From positions 76,210-140,209 of the forward strand of contig CAVPZX010000001.1 of the NCBI GenBank assembly GCA_963710375.1: a DNA stretch of 64,000 bases, written 5' to 3'. Of this stretch, positions 61,846 to 64,000 are shown one piece after another. Source of the DNA: Nitrospirota bacterium (lineage in GTDB: Bacteria; Nitrospirota; Thermodesulfovibrionia; Thermodesulfovibrionales; Dissulfurispiraceae). The position numbers were made by a program, and so were the translations under genes. The notes under the pieces were generated by a model that made no database searches, was not told the DNA's origin, and saw nothing but the letters and a program-made list of their open reading frames with translations. Position 1 is the first letter of the stretch. Every line of letters starts with the position of its first letter.

Positions 61846-62586
61846 TTAGTTTTTCTTTGAGTTTCTGGTCTTGATTCTCCAGCTCTCGTTGCCTGTTTCG
61901 ATGATATCACAATGATGGGTGACTCTGTCCAGAAGAGCAGTAGTCATCTTGTTATCTCCAAAGACCTGGGGCCATTCTCCGAAGGTAAGATTGGTAGTTA
62001 TGAGCAGAGAGGTTCGCTCGTAGAGCTTTGATATCAAGTGAAACAAGAGTTGTCCGCCGTTTTTTGAAAACGGCAGATATCCCAATTCGTCAAGCACCAC
62101 AAGGTGAAGCCGTGCAAGGCTATCCGCCAGCTTGCCTCCACGTCCTGCCAGTTTTTCTTGTTCAAGCTGATTGACCAGATCAACCACATTGAAGAAACGC
62201 CCTCTTTTCCCGTCTTTGATTGCCTGACGGGCTATGGCTATCGCCAAGTGAGACTTACCTGTGCCAGTGCCTCCAACGAAGATAACGTTGCTATTTGCAG
62301 AGAGGAATTGGCCCTGGTAAAGCGAACGGATTTGGGTCTCATTAACCGGCGATGAGCCGAACTCAAAGCGGTCTATGTCCTTGTCTACGGGGAACCTTGC
62401 CTGCCCAAGGCGGTAGCGTATGCTCCGGGCAGTCCGCTCTCCCAGTTCAGCTTCCAGAAGATCCAGCAGTATCTTTTCTGGCGTGCGTCGCTGCTTTATG
62501 CCGGCTGCGAACACCTCGTCATAGACACTTCTCATGCCATACAGCTTCAAGCTCTCCATCGCCTCCAGAAGTTTATCTCGTAGCAT
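61846..62586 (-). CDS. istB: IS21 helper ATPase
   Basis: [34 protein letters not shown]. Confidence 0.96.
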   Translation of the reverse strand: MLRDKLLEAMESLKLYGMRSVYDEVFAAGIKQRRTPEKILLDLLEAELGERTARSIRYRLGQARFPVDKDIDRFEFGSSPVNETQIRSLYQGQFLSANSNVIFVGGTGTGKSHLAIAIARQAIKDGKRGRFFNVVDLVNQLEQEKLAGRGGKLADSLARLHLVVLDELGYLPFSKNGGQLLFHLISKLYERTSLLITTNLTFGEWPQVFGDNKMTTALLDRVTHHCDIIETGNESWRIKTRNSKKN

Positions 62587-64000
62587 GTTCACCTCCCGTC
62601 AGAAGATCGTCGTAACGACTGCAGTTGGCAATAGGCAGGGACTTTAGCTCAGGCAGATGGAGTGGGATCTTGTATTCGGATATTACGGGGTCATCGTGTG
62701 TGCGGGACAAGGCGTTAAGTATCACATCTCTGCTGGCCACACCGATAGAAAGTGCTTCGGAACATGCTGTAACCACGGCTTCCAGGCCATAGATTGATAC
62801 TGCACTCAGGATCCCGACGAACTGCCGGTCCCCATCTGGGCTCTTGCCGAGTAGCTGCCGTATCTCTATGAGCGGCTCAGGCAGTGCCCATTCCTTAAAG
62901 GGAGCACCGTTACGCAGGGCTCCCGGTTTGTGCTTCAGTACCTCAACGTAGTGCCAGGCATCGTAGATTATCTTGTCCCGGCCGAACTGGCGTCGGTGAT
63001 CTCCGATTACGTTACCATCATGGACAATGACGACCCTATCAGCATATGCCCGTATCATGGCTGTCCTGCCTACAACTGAAGCATTGACACTGTAACGATT
63101 GCGGTCAAATGAAACCAGTGCAGTAAGTGATACTCGAACCGGTGTCTCTTTGTACCCGTCAAACGGGGAACTCAGGATCAGCAACTGTTGCCTCTCCCTG
63201 GCGAAGTATTCGGCCACAGTGCCGTCTTTGAACTCGGGGTGTTTATGCCCGGCGGCTAGAGTTCGGCAGCTATCACTCAACCATCGGTTCAGTTCGTCAA
63301 GATCGGAGAACTTCAAACGGGGAACGAATAGGCGCTTACGGATGAACTTGACCTGACTTTCTACCTGTCCTTTCTCCCAGCCCGCTGCTGGGGTACAGGC
63401 TACAGGCTCAAACAAGTAGTGCGATGAGAGGTTCTGAAAACGCCGGTTTAAAACCCGGTCCTTTCCCATCAGTACCTTGGTCACTACCGTCTTAAGGTTG
63501 TCATATATACCCTTGCGGCAGCTGCCTCCAAAATACTCAAAAGCCCGGACATGGGCATCAAGCACCATCTCAAGGCTCTCTCTGGCATAGGCAACGCAAA
63601 ACGGCATCCGACTGTAGCAGAGGCGAAAGTGGGCTACTTTTATTGTTACAACGACACCCCAGAGTTCAACCTGCTCATAGCTCCAGTCGAACTGGAATGC
63701 TTCCCCAGGGTCGAAGGTCTGCGGTATGTATGCCGTGACCTTCCTGCCTCCCTCGCTTTTACGCCACTTCTGAACATACCGCCTGACACTGTCATATCCA
63801 CCTTCAAATCCCTGACGCTGCAATTCCTCAAATAACAGGATGGCAGTCCGTTGTTCCCGGTCCGGCTTCGTGGCATCTGTTGCAAGATATTCAGATAGCA
63901 ACTCGTGATATGGGGCAAGCTTTGGATGAGGTTGATCTTTCCGATCATACGTGAACTCGGTGGCATCGCTCCGAATTACCTTCTTAACTGTATTGCGGGA
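62573..64000 (-). CDS. istA: IS21 DDE transposase (5' end beyond the window)
   Basis: Open frame from the edge: [29 protein letters not shown]. Confidence 0.96.
   Translation of the reverse strand, partial: SRNTVKKVIRSDATEFTYDRKDQPHPKLAPYHELLSEYLATDATKPDREQRTAILLFEELQRQGFEGGYDSVRRYVQKWRKSEGGRKVTAYIPQTFDPGEAFQFDWSYEQVELWGVVVTIKVAHFRLCYSRMPFCVAYARESLEMVLDAHVRAFEYFGGSCRKGIYDNLKTVVTKVLMGKDRVLNRRFQNLSSHYLFEPVACTPAAGWEKGQVESQVKFIRKRLFVPRLKFSDLDELNRWLSDSCRTLAAGHKHPEFKDGTVAEYFARERQQLLILSSPFDGYKETPVRVSLTALVSFDRNRYSVNASVVGRTAMIRAYADRVVIVHDGNVIGDHRRQFGRDKIIYDAWHYVEVLKHKPGALRNGAPFKEWALPEPLIEIRQLLGKSPDGDRQFVGILSAVSIYGLEAVVTACSEALSIGVASRDVILNALSRTHDDPVISEYKIPLHLPELKSLPIANCSRYDDLLTGGEHATR

Larger units (their letters stand above)
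49036..64000. mobile_element. tRNA-Arg-integrated genomic island with defence-type cargo (continues past the right edge)
   Basis: att fragment, arm-like repeats, AT-richer genes, R-M, AbiE, TAC, radC, KAP, IS21. No integrase in the window. Confidence 0.8.
61786..64000 (-). mobile_element. IS21 family insertion sequence (other end outside the window)
   Basis: End TGTTAATCGGCGTCGAAAATTGACCCACCATCGGCGTCCAAAATTGACCCACC with tandem transposase-binding repeats; istA-istB. Confidence 0.95.

Noticed and set aside
63646..63966. Separate ORF or frameshift upstream of istA
   Set aside because: The istA frame is open to the window edge; this ORF is an off-frame overlap.

Overview
Bacterial chromosomal window, probably from an anaerobic Nitrospirota/Desulfobacterota-like organism (my inference from gene content). 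Bases 1-47200 are mostly core genes: three chemoreceptor (MCP) loci sharing one sigma54 promoter module, PBP1A, glgP, mqnD, rpsB-tsf-pyrH-frr, dksA, truA, tkt-tal-zwf-pgl, glgA, a hopanoid cluster whose hpnJ/hpnK branch is decaying, a sigma28-driven small protein, a 6S RNA and an unusual operon of HMG-CoA reductase, crotonase and 4-hydroxybutyryl-CoA dehydratase. Bases 47238-48875 hold toxin-antitoxin debris. A tRNA-Arg(CCT) 3'-fragment att site at 49036-49080 opens an AT-richer defence-type island. It carries a riboflavin-kinase-like/C39-peptidase-like fusion, a Zn-ribbon + HEPN-motif gene, a Type IIG/ISP-like R-M enzyme, a convergent AbiEii/AbiEi pair, radC, an MqsR-MqsA-SecB (TAC) module and a KAP NTPase cut by an IS21 that runs off the window. 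Five single-base frameshifts in the first 26 kb are probably sequencing errors. All family calls come from motif recognition by eye; no database search was run.
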